Below are positions 45,487-57,809 of a DNA stretch of 64,000 nt, piece after piece. Origin of the DNA: Epithemia pelagica (Eukaryota > Protista > Bacillariophyta); the NCBI GenBank assembly GCA_946965045.2, contig OX337230.1, forward strand, positions 682,001-746,000, in the 5' to 3' direction. How positions within the stretch are numbered: position 1 is the first letter of the stretch; each line of letters opens with the position of its first letter. Under the pieces are notes generated by a model. It did not search any database. It had not been told where the DNA came from and was given only the letters and a program-made list of their open reading frames with translations. The position numbers and the translations under genes are program-made.

Positions 45487-46932
45487 TTAGAACGAATGGT
45501 TCAAGAGGTTGTTGTCTCCAGAATGGACGTTCATAACTTCGTTCGAAGTATTACTAGAGGGCCACGCACGGCCAATTGCGTTGGCTCCGTGCGCAAAACT
45601 TTCCGTCAAGAGCGTAAAAGAAGATGATGATGAAATTGGAGGGCACTCCATTCCCAACCCGGTTGGAGAACAACAGCAAGCACGATGCCCCTTCTCTTCA
45701 TAATCGCATGTTTGTCTTGCCAGTTGAGCGACGGAACAACACAAGCAGCACGTAGAAACATAGCAATCCTCGGAATCTGACGAAGCAGGAATCTCGTAGA
45801 GCCGTCGGACTTGCTGGCGTAACCGCGTGAGCACAACCAAGGTGTAAACACAGGATGAAAAGATAAGGACACCAAACAAAACCCACTGGACCACAACCAG
45901 TACGTCCATCGGAAATGCAGACGCAGCAATCTTTTCTTTAATCAAACCCTCTCCAAACTTGGGCACCGAAGGTAGCAAAATCGTCGCCAGGGTCCAAAAG
46001 AGGCACGTCAGAATAAAAACTTTAGTGAATGCAGTGACGCGCTCCCGAGATGCAGAAGCCGCATTGCGAGTAGATTCAAGAGGAACTGAAGGCAGTAGAT
46101 TGGCTTGATGTCCACTGGCTCGATTTGATGATGTAGTACGGATAGACCGCGTATTTCCCCTTCCCTGTATAGTTGTATCTGACCACGCCCGACTTCGATT
46201 TGCTGAGACTTTGGCTTCCTGAGAAGACTTATTTGAGGTTCTGCTGGTAGCCAGAAAAGTCATGTCGAGCCGGGTCAGTACTTGACCCATGAGAATTGTT
46301 GGACAACATAATGCATTCCAAACTGACGCATGAAACACTCCGAAACGGAAACAATCACACAAGCCATCTTTCCAACGGCGCTGTTCCTTTTGAACCATCT
46401 GGATATGTCCTCCCCAAAATAAAGGAGTCACTTCAGTCGATGGTTCGTCGTAACTGTGACGAAATTCGGCTGGTATAGAGGAGAAAGAAGTGTCCATATT
46501 AAGAAATTCATGCGGTTCCGAGCTCACCATGGATGATGGAAATGAAGAATCATTAGAATACTCATCTGAATGCACTGGTTGCTCTGGTAAGACAAGGCCT
46601 GTTGCCTTCTGTGTTCCATCAATAACAACCTGCGGGCGTCATGATAGCGGTGACAAAAAGAGATAACAAAAACAACGGGAACTCAGAAAACAACGTTTCA
46701 TTCTTCTCAACGACGGTCGTATTCTATCGACGCAAGAACTCGAACACATCTGCGATGAAACAAACTGGAAACCTACCATATCGTCCTCAGATATGACGTC
46801 TCTTGTGCGTCTCCCGTCATCTAGGAACGTTTCATAGGTCAACTCTACGCACAAAAACGTAAGAAACAGAGCAATGAGTTGGATCTTGGAACAATTTCTC
46901 CGGAATCTTCGCGAAGAAATCGTCATCGACAT
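45487..46932 (-). CDS. PLAC8-family Cys-rich membrane protein; 2 exons, intron 46630-46776
   Basis: WKDGLCDCF...ALCCP...GQVLTRL and RQQVRRLYEIP...EDC..TCCLCCSVAQLARQ; phase-0 GTAGG...CGCAG intron links the upstream exon. Confidence 0.85.
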
Positions 46933-48024
46933 GGACAAGCCTACCTTCCTCCACCGAACCCATCGCCATGGTCGAACGCGGGCGTTTGCTGCTCCTAGTG
47001 GTGGCGACCGTCATGGTGAGACCATTCAACAAACGAGAATGCTGGACTTCCAACTTCCAACGACGACTTCACCGCCAAACAGCGGAAACTGGATCTTGGA
47101 TTGTGCGTCGTTGGGCAGTGGAGATGAAACAGTTTTGGTCATGATCGTCTCGCCGTCCGCGTATGGGCAATATAAGGGGCGCCGTCACTCGTCCTAAATA
47201 GGTATATTTCGCATATAGAGTTAGTACAGCGTGTTATAGAGAATGTGGTCACGCGCGAGGTGGGCTCGTGCCCAAACTACAACAAGATAGCCGATTGGTT
47301 GGTATTCCCTTACCTTATGCCCAACACGCAACTGGGGACTGGGGAGTACTCGTTAAATTTATAGTCACGTGGAAGTGGCTTTTGAAGAGGTGAAGCACGT
47401 AGCAGCACCTCTACGTAGATGCATTGAAAGCCATGGTTGTAATCAACGAAGACTGATACGGAAACAATCAGCGACACGGACCTTATAGCGCAGCATGTTC
47501 GGTATTGAATCCTCAAAGAAGGGGGGGCGACAGGCTAACTCCAGACAAAGTTCTGTCTCCGAAAGCAAGTCCAGGCATTTCTCCGGAGTTGTTGAGGCGA
47601 TGATGAGACGAATGGGACTCGGCATCACCTCTTCAATCTGTAAGCAGGCTCAAAAAGTCACACCTCAAGAATTCCCATGCGTTTGGTCTGCCTTACTGCT
47701 CTAAAGTACATGTATCGGCCGTTACCTGAACTCACGCCATTGCGAGGCTCTTGTTGCGATGTTCGCACGACCCGCAATTGCCCAATCTTCATGGTTTGTC
47801 TCTCGTGCCCGACCCCGTCCGTTAAATTATGTTGTTGGTGGACTTGAGTTTGCATACACCTCGTCGTTTTTTACTAAACAATATTTCATTTCTAGTTAGA
47901 GAGGTTGTTGTAAGTACAGGAAACCGCTAAGTATCATGCCGCAAGGTTGAAAAAGAATGGTCCAGAGAGCTCGAGACCAATATTATCATTCCAAACTCCA
48001 TGTATCAGGTTGAGGAAAGAGGCC

Positions 48025-48570
48025 TCAATAAGGTTTGGGTGCGATAGGCAACCGCTTGAAGAAGACAAGTCTCAATGTCCCGTGGGGTTGCTTCAAAACG
48101 GTCGCAGAATATATACCAACATCTTGATGAAGAGTCCCCTTATAAAAGAATCTTTCATCGGCCTCAAATTCAACAATGGCACCCTTGTTCAGGGCAATAA
48201 AATCTTTCATGGAAAGAATCTTGCGGATTTTGCCCGTATGTTCGGTCATATCTTTCTGCAGTGCAAAATCGATGAGATGGTGCATCGTGAGTCGCACCCC
48301 CGAGCCTCGAATGAAATAGGTATCGTCACTGATGCAATATTTTAGCCACCATCGCTTTACAGCTGGGGCGGTGTGATCGTTTGTGCAGGATCGAAAGTCC
48401 GAGTACATGTTATGGAGCCAATTGGTTAGTTCTTCGCGATTAATACTCCAAGCGGAACCATATGACATTTCCCGAGTGGCCATGAAAGGACTCAACTTGT
48501 GCCAATGTCCGTGGTTACGAACATGGCCGCGAGCTAGTTGCGGAACAACGTTCGTCAAATGCCTTATCAT
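48025..48570 (-). CDS. Hypothetical protein, possible NTF2/SnoaL-like fold with organellar presequence
   Basis: Within track ORF 48025-48723; DDTYFIRGSG and EFEADERFFYKG...YSATVLK pattern. Fold call is a guess. Confidence 0.55.
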   Translation of the reverse strand: MIRHLTNVVPQLARGHVRNHGHWHKLSPFMATREMSYGSAWSINREELTNWLHNMYSDFRSCTNDHTAPAVKRWWLKYCISDDTYFIRGSGVRLTMHHLIDFALQKDMTEHTGKIRKILSMKDFIALNKGAIVEFEADERFFYKGTLHQDVGIYSATVLKQPHGTLRLVFFKRLPIAPKPY

Positions 48571-48900
48571 CGTCGTTCTGAACTGATTCTGTAGTATCTT
48601 TTTTTGATGGCTGGGAGGCTGGGTGGCCGGGCGGCTCGGCGCGCAAGACGGGCGGATACGGATCGAGTTGGATCGCGTATGGGTCGCATAAAGCTTTTTT
48701 CCATACGCTGTGCCCATCACCACCCATTTTGCGAAGAGACTTTGTCTTGGTGATGAAAGATGTGTAAACTAGAGGAAGTCGGTTCTTTTGAATCATCGCT
48801 GCTCGTCTTTAGGTTATGATTGCGAGTTTATCTATTGGTGAAACGACAGTTCACCGAACGATTCTACGAGGGGCTTGTTCAATGCCTCCATGATGGGCAA

Positions 48901-50181
48901 TCACCACACACCCGCAAGACCAATGTCTTCAGTGGCCAAGACATCAAAGACGCAAAACTCGAAATCCTCCAACTGCTTTCCGGCACAAGCTTCCTCGGCA
49001 GCCGCGATCAAGTCACTGCTTTTGGATTCTCGCAAGTGGCGACTTTCCACCGTCTGTTCCGGCATGTTGCAACCATCATGCGGGTGCTGCGGAGCACGAG
49101 AGCTAACAAAAAGCATGGGCTCATGGTCCTGAACTTGCCATTCGTGACCAAAAACGTTGGCTTCCGGAATCTCAGTTTCGCCATCTCGAGCAAGCAAGGC
49201 TCCAGTTTCGTAATGTCCCATGAGTCCAACACTGTTTCCAAAGTCTTGAGAACTGCCAGACACATCGACAGTGAGGAAGTGCTTGTAGTTTCGGAACAGG
49301 ATCTTATCTCCGCAATTAAGATCAAGCTTGTAAACCTTGCCAGTTCCGCGAGTGTTTGCATCTTGAGTGTATGGAGGATGCAACGTGAAACCCGACATGG
49401 AAAAAGGAAGCTGTTCGTCGGATCCTTGCGTCCCATTGACCCAAAACTGTCCACCGGAGACTTCCAAGACAGAGGGACCGATGCGGAGAGCCGCCGCCTC
49501 AATAAAGCTGTAGAAACCATGGATGGTGGTGCGAACGTGAAGGTCAAGACCCATTCCATCGGCAAACTCGTCGCTCTGAAGGAGGACAAGATCGCAGTCG
49601 CCGTGGTACGAGAAGCGATAACCGTTCCACGGTTTGAAGTGAGGATCTCCACCACCACCTCCAGTTTTTCCACACGACGCAGGTGCTGTGACAAGCCAAA
49701 CACATTCCTTCCCAATATTCCCATTTCCGGTACAAGACTTGACACCGAACGTTTCACAAGATACATCGACACCACCCTGAATCGTCACGTCTTTGTTGCC
49801 ACAACCCATGTTGGCATTTCCATCCTTGAGAAGAAACTCGGCAACTCCATTCGGTGGCACAATCTGGCAACTGGTGTATCCGTTGCCAATACCTGGAACT
49901 TCATCTGATACATCTTTAAACCCGCCGCCATTCAAGCAGATACCATCTTCGTGTTTCTCGCAGGTATGGCTTACACTACCGGTCTTGGCGCAACTCCCAC
50001 TAAAGTCGAGGATCATACAGACTTGGTACTTGCATTCCTCTTCCGCGCACACGTTGGAAGGAAGGGAATTGAAGGTGAAACGGACACAGGGCCACTGATC
50101 TTCACAGGTTCGGATGGGGGCTGCCCAGGTCATGCCAGGAACGAGCAAGGCCAAGAAGGAGGAAAGATGTTTGGTCAACAT
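48901..50181 (-). CDS. Secreted protein: Cys-rich N-domain + VWD-like domain
   Basis: Signal peptide MLTKHLSSFLALLVPGMTWA; GGGGDPHFKPWNG..FSYHGDCDLVL; C-terminal AEEAC...FCVFDVLAT. Confidence 0.85.
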   Translation of the reverse strand: MLTKHLSSFLALLVPGMTWAAPIRTCEDQWPCVRFTFNSLPSNVCAEEECKYQVCMILDFSGSCAKTGSVSHTCEKHEDGICLNGGGFKDVSDEVPGIGNGYTSCQIVPPNGVAEFLLKDGNANMGCGNKDVTIQGGVDVSCETFGVKSCTGNGNIGKECVWLVTAPASCGKTGGGGGDPHFKPWNGYRFSYHGDCDLVLLQSDEFADGMGLDLHVRTTIHGFYSFIEAAALRIGPSVLEVSGGQFWVNGTQGSDEQLPFSMSGFTLHPPYTQDANTRGTGKVYKLDLNCGDKILFRNYKHFLTVDVSGSSQDFGNSVGLMGHYETGALLARDGETEIPEANVFGHEWQVQDHEPMLFVSSRAPQHPHDGCNMPEQTVESRHLRESKSSDLIAAAEEACAGKQLEDFEFCVFDVLATEDIGLAGVW

Positions 50182-51560
50182 GATGGAGAGTGATTCTAGG
50201 AAGCAGAGATATAGTGGTGAGCTTGATTGATGGAAAAGGAGGATGGAAGGTAGGAAACAATCAATTTGGAGTTTCCTGTTTTGTTTCAGCTTACCTTGGG
50301 TAACAAGACACGGGCGTTCGTCGTAAACACAGCAATTTTGTTCGTCGTCAACGTTTGAAAGACGACTTGGATACCGGCGAGACAGGAAAGGAAGAAGACT
50401 TTGAGTGCTTGGTTTGAGCAATGGAGCTTCCAAAGGGGATGTTGTGATTCTCGCGGACGAGAAATTATGAGAGGAGAGCGAAGGTGGAATTCGAATCTGA
50501 TACCAAAACCGTGCAACATCGGAAGGCGCGCAGGAAGAAGCTGGTTCCGATCGTGACGACGAGCTTTTGATGTATTCCCGTTCCTCTTCCAGGAAGAGGT
50601 GAGACTCGTATAGTCTAACTAGAGATGACAATGGCAGGTCCTGATAGATCTTATTGAAGCTTGCGTGTGTTCCCACGAGAGAGATTCGTCTGTTCAGTGA
50701 AGCGGACTCTTAAGATCATAACACGGGATCAATTTCATCATCGTATCCAAGACACTTTAACAAATATCCTTGGCGTTCAAAATCATCTAGCCCTCAAAGA
50801 GGAGGAATGGCTTCTTGATTCACGGGCCGATGCAGTTGTGTCCTTGATTCGAACACCATCGTTGACTTTATCGCGGGACTACGGCCGGCAATCGACCAGA
50901 TGAAAGACGAGATTGAACAAACTCATGCCCGATCGCCGATTGGAGGCATGGTATATCCTGGTGATTGTATGAAACCAGTGTTCCATGCGCACAAAACTGC
51001 ACCGAGCGTGACAGTACAGTAAAAACAGTTCTGTTTTGATCATGTCCGTCGTATGATTAAGCTATGCCTTGAACCACGTACACGACAAAATCTTCTTTAT
51101 CTGGTCCCAGAATCGTTGCATCTTTCCCGAAATAGGTCATACAAGTAGACTACAGAGGGATCTTGGATCTCCAGGTTCGTACGGTATGAATAGGCTGATG
51201 ATAAGGAGAATCGTCAAGTAAACTTACCTTACATCTTCTCCTCTAGCTTACGAATGTTGGACCCAACACTATCCTACTCCGGGTAGAAAAGTCGCTCTTT
51301 GAGTTCTGAGTTCTGAGATAGGAAACAGTAGAAGACGGGCAGAGGACAGACACTATACATGGATATGGAAGCAGACACGATCTTTCGCACTTGGATTGCC
51401 AGGTGGCACGAAAAAGTCGACCATGGGCGAGAGACGGCAAAAAGTCTGCCATCTACTCAAAACAGTCTTTACGGTGCAGATAGAATATCTGTAAGAATTC
51501 ATGCGGCTTTAAACCTCAGCACGTCAGCACGGGGGGAAATGTATGACCTGAACAGTCAAA

Positions 51561-52790
51561 ATGACGGAAGGAGAAGCAACAACAACATCATCATCACGAA
51601 GGCTTGAAAGGTCTCATCGCTTGGAAGAAAGCGCACCACGGCACTTCCAGAGATCTGGGTGGTGGAGCGTACTTTCCTTATGGGGGAACGGTCATATGGA
51701 ACCGAGTCAAGGAAGTGTTTCTACAAGGAGAAAAAAGACAAGCAACCTTGCTCGTTTCGTGTCGATTGTGGTAATTTTCTTGTGTGTCATGCCCTGGCAG
51801 AGCATGTTTCTAGTGGTCTCAACCACGATGACAACAAATACTCTTCTTGATGATCCGGTGTCCCTGATTGGATCGTCGACTTACCCTCACAGTTCTGGCT
51901 CTCAGCATCAGCATGTACGCGAAATGAAGTACATGGCAACGGCTCTTCAGAATCTTGATGGTTGGAAACCTAGTGAAAATGATCCAGAACTGTTAGAATC
52001 TCACCATGAAATCATGGATTACTTGATCATCAAACAACGCCAGCATGTATTGGTGGATCATCTTCCCCAGGCAATACCATGGCTTGTTGTGTTGATATTC
52101 GTCTTGATGCCCATGGCGTTGCTTGTTTTGTGGAATCAGTGTTACAGTGCCACACAAACCATCAGAGAGTCTGACAGGGAGAATTCTATATCATGGTCAC
52201 ACCCGACGGGACAACGAAACTCTCGCAAAGCAGTGAAATTCATCCTACGGCAGCTACAACTGCACACATTTGAAATTGTGTCGCCCCGTTCGGAAAGCTC
52301 ACCACCCATCAAACAAACACAGAATAGTCGAATGAATGGATGTTACGAATCGAAAGCCTTGGAAGCAAGGCTGTCTTGTGCTACTGGTGCACCTTCGATT
52401 AAAAATGGCTCAATGTCACAAGGAAAGAGGTTCATGGACCATGAACAAAGCCGTTTTCATTGCAGTGCCGTCAAATGCACGTGTGACTCGCAGGGACAAG
52501 CACCGTTGTCCTTGTCACTGACATCCTCTTCATGTGCAATATGCCTACAGTCCTATCAAGTGGGAGACAAGATCTGCGTCTCACCCAATGCCAGTTGCCA
52601 ACATGTCTTTCATCGAGATTGCATTGCCCCATGGTTGGTGAAAAGCATGGAGAGATATCAGAACGCGTCTGCGCGGGAGCAGTTGGACAGTGGAGAATAC
52701 CAGGGACGGCTCATAAATAAACGCTTTCGTCCGGAGTGCCCATGCTGTCGACAAGAGTACTTTTCAACAAGTGGGCAAACACATCGTTGA
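51561..52790 (+). CDS. Membrane-anchored RING-H2 E3 ubiquitin ligase
   Basis: CAIC...CQHVFHRDC...W...CPCC and two hydrophobic segments. Confidence 0.88.
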   Translation: MTEGEATTTSSSRRLERSHRLEESAPRHFQRSGWWSVLSLWGNGHMEPSQGSVSTRRKKTSNLARFVSIVVIFLCVMPWQSMFLVVSTTMTTNTLLDDPVSLIGSSTYPHSSGSQHQHVREMKYMATALQNLDGWKPSENDPELLESHHEIMDYLIIKQRQHVLVDHLPQAIPWLVVLIFVLMPMALLVLWNQCYSATQTIRESDRENSISWSHPTGQRNSRKAVKFILRQLQLHTFEIVSPRSESSPPIKQTQNSRMNGCYESKALEARLSCATGAPSIKNGSMSQGKRFMDHEQSRFHCSAVKCTCDSQGQAPLSLSLTSSSCAICLQSYQVGDKICVSPNASCQHVFHRDCIAPWLVKSMERYQNASAREQLDSGEYQGRLINKRFRPECPCCRQEYFSTSGQTHR

Positions 52791-53085
52791 AATATGATAC
52801 TCCAGTACTTTAGTTCCGCAGTTCTCCCATGGTGATGACTGCCTATTTTCTTCAAATAGAGCAATTCTCTATGAAAGCTTTCGTAGACATGCGAGAGAGA
52901 GAGTCTGGATTTATCTAAAGCCCATCTTTTCAACTCCATTAGCTATCCATAGAACACGGAAGCCGCGTAGCAAGGTTTCACGAAACCTATCAGCGACTGA
53001 AAGGAAGAATGAGTCAATTCGCCACATTATATAACGACCATTGAATTGATGTCGCCGACCAGAGCACGGAGCCAGGCCGGGAACC

Positions 53086-54294
53086 ATGATGTTATCACCG
53101 CTGTTGCATTCGAGTGGAACAACAAGTTTGCTTTTGATAATGATTCTGTCGTGCAGCTCTCATGCCGCAATGGCTTTGCGTTGCCATCGAGGAGGATGCA
53201 GATGTTCACACTCTGCGCGGCAACCAATCACATCGTTCTTGTCTCATACTACTAACCAACACGCAACACGAAGAACGCGTACCTACGCTTCGGATGCTGA
53301 TGTAAATAGTAATTCGGAAGAGGGAGGGACACCCAGCACTGTGGAGAGCAAGTCGACGGATGTTTTGGAGCAATATCGCAACAAGAGCAATCGACGTGAT
53401 CAAGTGTTTAGTGCCATATCCGGTGATGGTGGCATTAAAGTGACGGCTTGCACTGCCCGAAACATGGTCAACGATCTCATGATGCAGCACACATTGGCAC
53501 CTGTTCCGACTGAAGCGTTGGGAAGAACATTGATTTGTGCCGTTCTCATGTCCAATGGAATGCAAGACGAACAAAAGGTACAAATTACAATGAATTCCGA
53601 TGGTCCGATTCGCGGTATTGTTGGCATGGCCAATGGCAAGGGAGAGGCTCGAGGTTATGTGGGAACCCCCATGTTGGGTGAAATGTCCTTGCCGAGTGCT
53701 GTGGGGAAAGGAATGGTTCAAGTGGTTAAGAATCACCCTGATTGGCCTCGACCGTACAATGGCATTACTGCCATTCGACATGGCGATATTGATCGTGACA
53801 TTGGCATTTACTTGGCCGAATCGGAACAGCGATCCTGTGCCTTGGCAGCGGCCACCAGCGTAACGGGTGTCTTGTGTAAAGCAGCTGGAGGGTATTTGAT
53901 TGAGCAATTGCCTGATGTTGATCCAGATATTATCAAGATTGTCGAACGCAACTTGGCCAAAATGGTAGAGCTCGATGGAGGTGAAAAGTTGCCAACCAAC
54001 TTGTTGCTGAATGGTGTGTCTCCCTTGGAAATTGCGCAGATTGCCTTGGAAGGATTGGATATGAAACCCTTGCAACAAATAGAACCAAAACTTGCGTGTG
54101 ATTGTACGGAAGGACGACTGTTCCGAGCCTTGCGATTACTTCCGCGAGAGGAAGTCGAAGATATTTTGGTAAAGGAAGAAGAAATTTCGGCCCGATGTGA
54201 ATTTTGTGGCAAAACATACCGCATGGGTGCCGATGATGTACGAAAAAGACTCGCGGAAGCCACTGGAGATCCAGCTCGAGATGATCCCATGTAG
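53086..54294 (+). CDS. hslO: Hsp33 (HslO-family) redox chaperone with organellar presequence
   Basis: ALGRTL, GPIRGIVG, SEQRSC, AAGGYLIEQLP and C-terminal CDC...CEFC zinc motif. Confidence 0.92.
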   Translation: MMLSPLLHSSGTTSLLLIMILSCSSHAAMALRCHRGGCRCSHSARQPITSFLSHTTNQHATRRTRTYASDADVNSNSEEGGTPSTVESKSTDVLEQYRNKSNRRDQVFSAISGDGGIKVTACTARNMVNDLMMQHTLAPVPTEALGRTLICAVLMSNGMQDEQKVQITMNSDGPIRGIVGMANGKGEARGYVGTPMLGEMSLPSAVGKGMVQVVKNHPDWPRPYNGITAIRHGDIDRDIGIYLAESEQRSCALAAATSVTGVLCKAAGGYLIEQLPDVDPDIIKIVERNLAKMVELDGGEKLPTNLLLNGVSPLEIAQIALEGLDMKPLQQIEPKLACDCTEGRLFRALRLLPREEVEDILVKEEEISARCEFCGKTYRMGADDVRKRLAEATGDPARDDPM

Positions 54295-54646
54295 TAGGAG
54301 TAGCTTTAATATCACAACTGATTGTAATGCTTATGTTGGATGTACAAAGTATGATGTTTATCAACTACTCCAACTGTCCAGCGTTGAAGGGTGTGTTTCC
54401 TTTTTGCTGCAGATCAACGTCATGCAAGCAACACAAGGTTTTGCAAGTCCAAGAGACGACACAAAATTTCGGATGTTGGGTGCTTTGTTCCCACTATGCG
54501 TGACTGCAGTGACTCCTCTCCAGTTTCATCATATTATCAAGAAACGGATTGAACTCTCGTCCAGAAGCAACGGTTTGTGAACAAGGGGCTTCTTGCACAC
54601 ATCAGGGGGGAGCATGGATCTTTCCAAGACCTGGAAACCGTCAAAA

Positions 54647-56081
54647 TCATAGGTCTAAGACAACACACGTAATATCATCGCTCTTGACTTCATCGATAAA
54701 TGGAGACTGCTCCACCCATGCGGATTTTGCGCTTTCAGCCAACAGGTTGGCAACTTCTTGTGTCGACAAGGAATCGTCGATGTTTGCCAACATTTCTTGC
54801 ACTTTCAAAGCCGGCAACACATCCCAGATTCCATCCGTGGCCAAAACGATGCGTTCTCGAGTATTTTCGTTAGAGTGTGGCTCTTTCTTTTGTTGTCGCG
54901 GAAAGGTGTGTACAAGTGGTGTGGGAATGACACCGGCACGCAAGAGGACGGAATCTCCCAGGGCACGAGTCATGGCAATGCCAATGGGACCGTACCAAAC
55001 ATTGCCACTGTCATCGATGCGACCTTCTCCCTTTTCAATGCGGACTCGTTCCTCATCCGAACCTTCTTGGATGGTGGTAGGAGTTGTGAGTGGTTCAGGA
55101 GGATCCTGGCTCGAACCAAGAAAGCGATAAGCCCTTGAGTCTCCCACATGGCCCACATACAAGGTTTTCTCATTCCACAAACAGACAATGCATGTTGTGC
55201 CACATCGTCCTGCAGGTACACTGGTATTTAGCATCGCATCCCAATGAGCTTGATGAAATGCATTACACAAAACTTGCTCCATGCGACAGGATTCTGTCAT
55301 ATTTTTGTCGCGCGTATGCAACTGGTATTTGGCCAATATCTCGATTTGCTCTTCCAGGTCGCGTACGGGCTTTGGGTCGTTCAGCTGTTGCGCCACGCAC
55401 TTTGGTAAATGTATCGACAAAAACTCTGTCAGACGCTCGGCCTTTTTACCATGTCCATCCAGGACACCCGCAACTCCAAACACTTGGTTTGATGAAAAAT
55501 TCTTAGAGTCTGACACCTCAATTGTGGTATGAAAGTAAGCATCCTGATTGACCTTTTGGGGTCGATTTGGATCCGATCCGACCCATGAAACAGATCCCAC
55601 CGAATAGGACGACAAAATCGACAACATTGTGGAGAAACTGAAAGTTGGATGACTCCGTGATCGGCCATGTGCTATCCAGTTTCTCTTTTGTTGTTTCACA
55701 TGCGGATGTGATGGTCGTCGTGCGTCCGAGCAACAAGAAGAATGACTGCAGGATTCTCCCGTTCCCACAAAACCCATCGCCTTCCATTCTTGGTGATCAC
55801 CATAGCTCAACAGAACCAGCAATACCTTCCAGCCAAGATCCAGAATTCGTCTTGTATGGATGCTCATGGTCCAAGACAAATCATTGGCATCAATCGGGAT
55901 CCGGGGGCGTTGTTTGTGACGTTTTCTAATCGGGGGTAGAACTGTTGGGGAGGGTTCATCGCCCCCGCTGACTAAAGTAGCTACCCCTGTGCTAGCGAAT
56001 TTGAAGTAGGCGAATGCATTGGTGCAGAAATTGAAAGTGAACCTACTCCTATGATCCTCTATTAGAAGTACGAGGGCAACG

Positions 56082-56118
<37 letters not shown>

Positions 56119-56170
56119 CAGACAGTGAACCCGTACGGCCGTTTTTCATGGCTCGTCCGCTTGAAAACAT
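54647..56170 (-). CDS. PP2C-family protein phosphatase (catalytic part ~54647-55620; true start uncertain)
   Basis: KVNQD, GVLDGHG, CGTT, HVGDSRA, AMTRALGD, LATDGIWD, DDIT. Confidence 0.88.
56088..56115. repeat. (AG)14 microsatellite
   Basis: Direct reading; encodes LSLSLSLSL in the long PP2C ORF. Confidence 0.9.
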
Positions 56171-56369
56171 GTGTTCTCCGATAGGTGTGGCAGTCGATGC
56201 ATTTTTCTTCCTGTCGTGTCATGTCTCCGACGTTGTTCACGAACGGACTTGAATCAAAAAGGTCCTCACCCGTCCAAGTGACGCGCATCTCATTTTGGAA
56301 CCAAATTGGTCCATGAGATCTAGGGATCTCCGCCAACCCCCTCTTGTGGAAGAGTGAAGATAATAAAGT

Positions 56370-57809
56370 TCATACAAACTCCACCGTGACAACAAGACAA
56401 AGCACCACAATGCACATTCTCCCTATCCATAGCCCTGAACGATAAATCGCAGCACTGGTGGTTGTAGTGTCTTGGATGGCTTCCAAGCGCTCTTGTACCA
56501 ACGGCATTTCCGAGGGAGTTGGGCTCGGACGGTTCGAGGGGAACAAGGACGGAGTATCGGAAGGCTCACTGCTCGTCGAAGGAAGAGCCGAATACGATGG
56601 TTGATCGGACGGAAGTTGTGACAAGGATGGCTGGTTGGAAGGCAATTCGGAAACGGAAGGAGCAGAAGAGATGGATGGTCGATTCGATGGTGATTCAACT
56701 GGAGCGAAGGAAACCGATGGGAGATTCGATGGAGATTCGGAGACAGAGGGAGCAGAGGAATTCGATGGCATATCCGATGGCATATCTGATGGAGGATCCG
56801 ATGGCATATCCGATGGTGAAACAGGCGGAATAGGATTTGTGGAGGGAGACGCGGAAGGATCCAGTGTGGGCGGATAGGAACTCCTCGATGGAACCATGGT
56901 GGGTCTCCGCGAAGGAGCATTCGTTGGTGTCGCCGTGGTGGTTGTGGAACCACACGTTTCGGGTGCCAGTTGACAGGTGGTCGTATCGATCCAGTCCGCG
57001 GCCCCCGAGACACGAGCGAATACACTGGGATAGAGGGGCGAACCACAATCGAGTCCCCAGGATGCCAAACCGACCACCACAAGACTTGTGGTGGTTTCGA
57101 CTTGCACAATCAAGGGACCTCCCGAATCTCCTTGACACGTCCCACTCACAGTCGTAGTGTCATCCGTACCACCACTGCTGGTAGAAGCTCCCATTGCACA
57201 AATCATACTGGTGGAACGGAAGGTGGATCCATAGCTTTCCAGACAGTCTTCATTTGCTTCCACTTGCACTTGCGCTTGAAGAAGCTGGTTCGACACGGGG
57301 CCCGAACTAGAGGTTCGACCATATCCCATAATGGTGGCATTGGCACCATTGGCAGGCAGAGTTGGATTGGTGTTCCACAAAGGAAATTGTACGGCTGGCT
57401 CCAAGACGGGTTCACTGAGGAGTACAATCATGAAATCATATTCAAATGTCACTTGATTATAGTTGCGATGAACTTCTTGTCGCGCCACGGTTCGAACCGG
57501 CGCGAAGGGATCCACGGGCTGTCTCTGTACCGATCCAATCACTACTGAATTTCCCACGGCAAACGGTACTTGACAAGACGCCACGGTTAGCACGATTTGA
57601 GGAGCAATCAAGCCACCGCCACAAAACATGGAGCTGGAAGACACAAACCAGGGAAATGCATTCACTGGAGACACTGTCCCTCCCACAATTAATTCACGAG
57701 GATCATGATTCTTGTCCTTCTCTTCCGAGGCGGGAGACCAATGGGAGTCCTTGTCACCGATGGTTTGTGAAGCAAGCAGCAGACTGAACTAGACTACAAG
57801 ACGCAGCAT
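56370..57809 (-). pseudogene. Trypsin-like (S1) homologue with Pro/Ser-rich stalk and C-terminal hydrophobic anchor; in-frame TAG in signal peptide and catalytic His replaced
   Basis: MLRLVV*FSLLLASQTIG...IVGG, CGGGLIAP, LTVASC, YDFMIV, GYGRT, CQGDSGGPL, SWG..C. Confidence 0.8.

Noticed and set aside
48820-49908. 362-aa + strand ORF and 255-aa overlapping - strand ORF
   Set aside because: Shadow frames of the VWD-domain gene; no motifs.
50182-50676. N-terminal 165 aa of the 591-aa track ORF
   Set aside because: A clean signal peptide begins at ATG 50181; the upstream part reads like UTR or promoter.
53206-54078. 290-aa antisense ORF
   Set aside because: Shadow of the Hsp33 gene.
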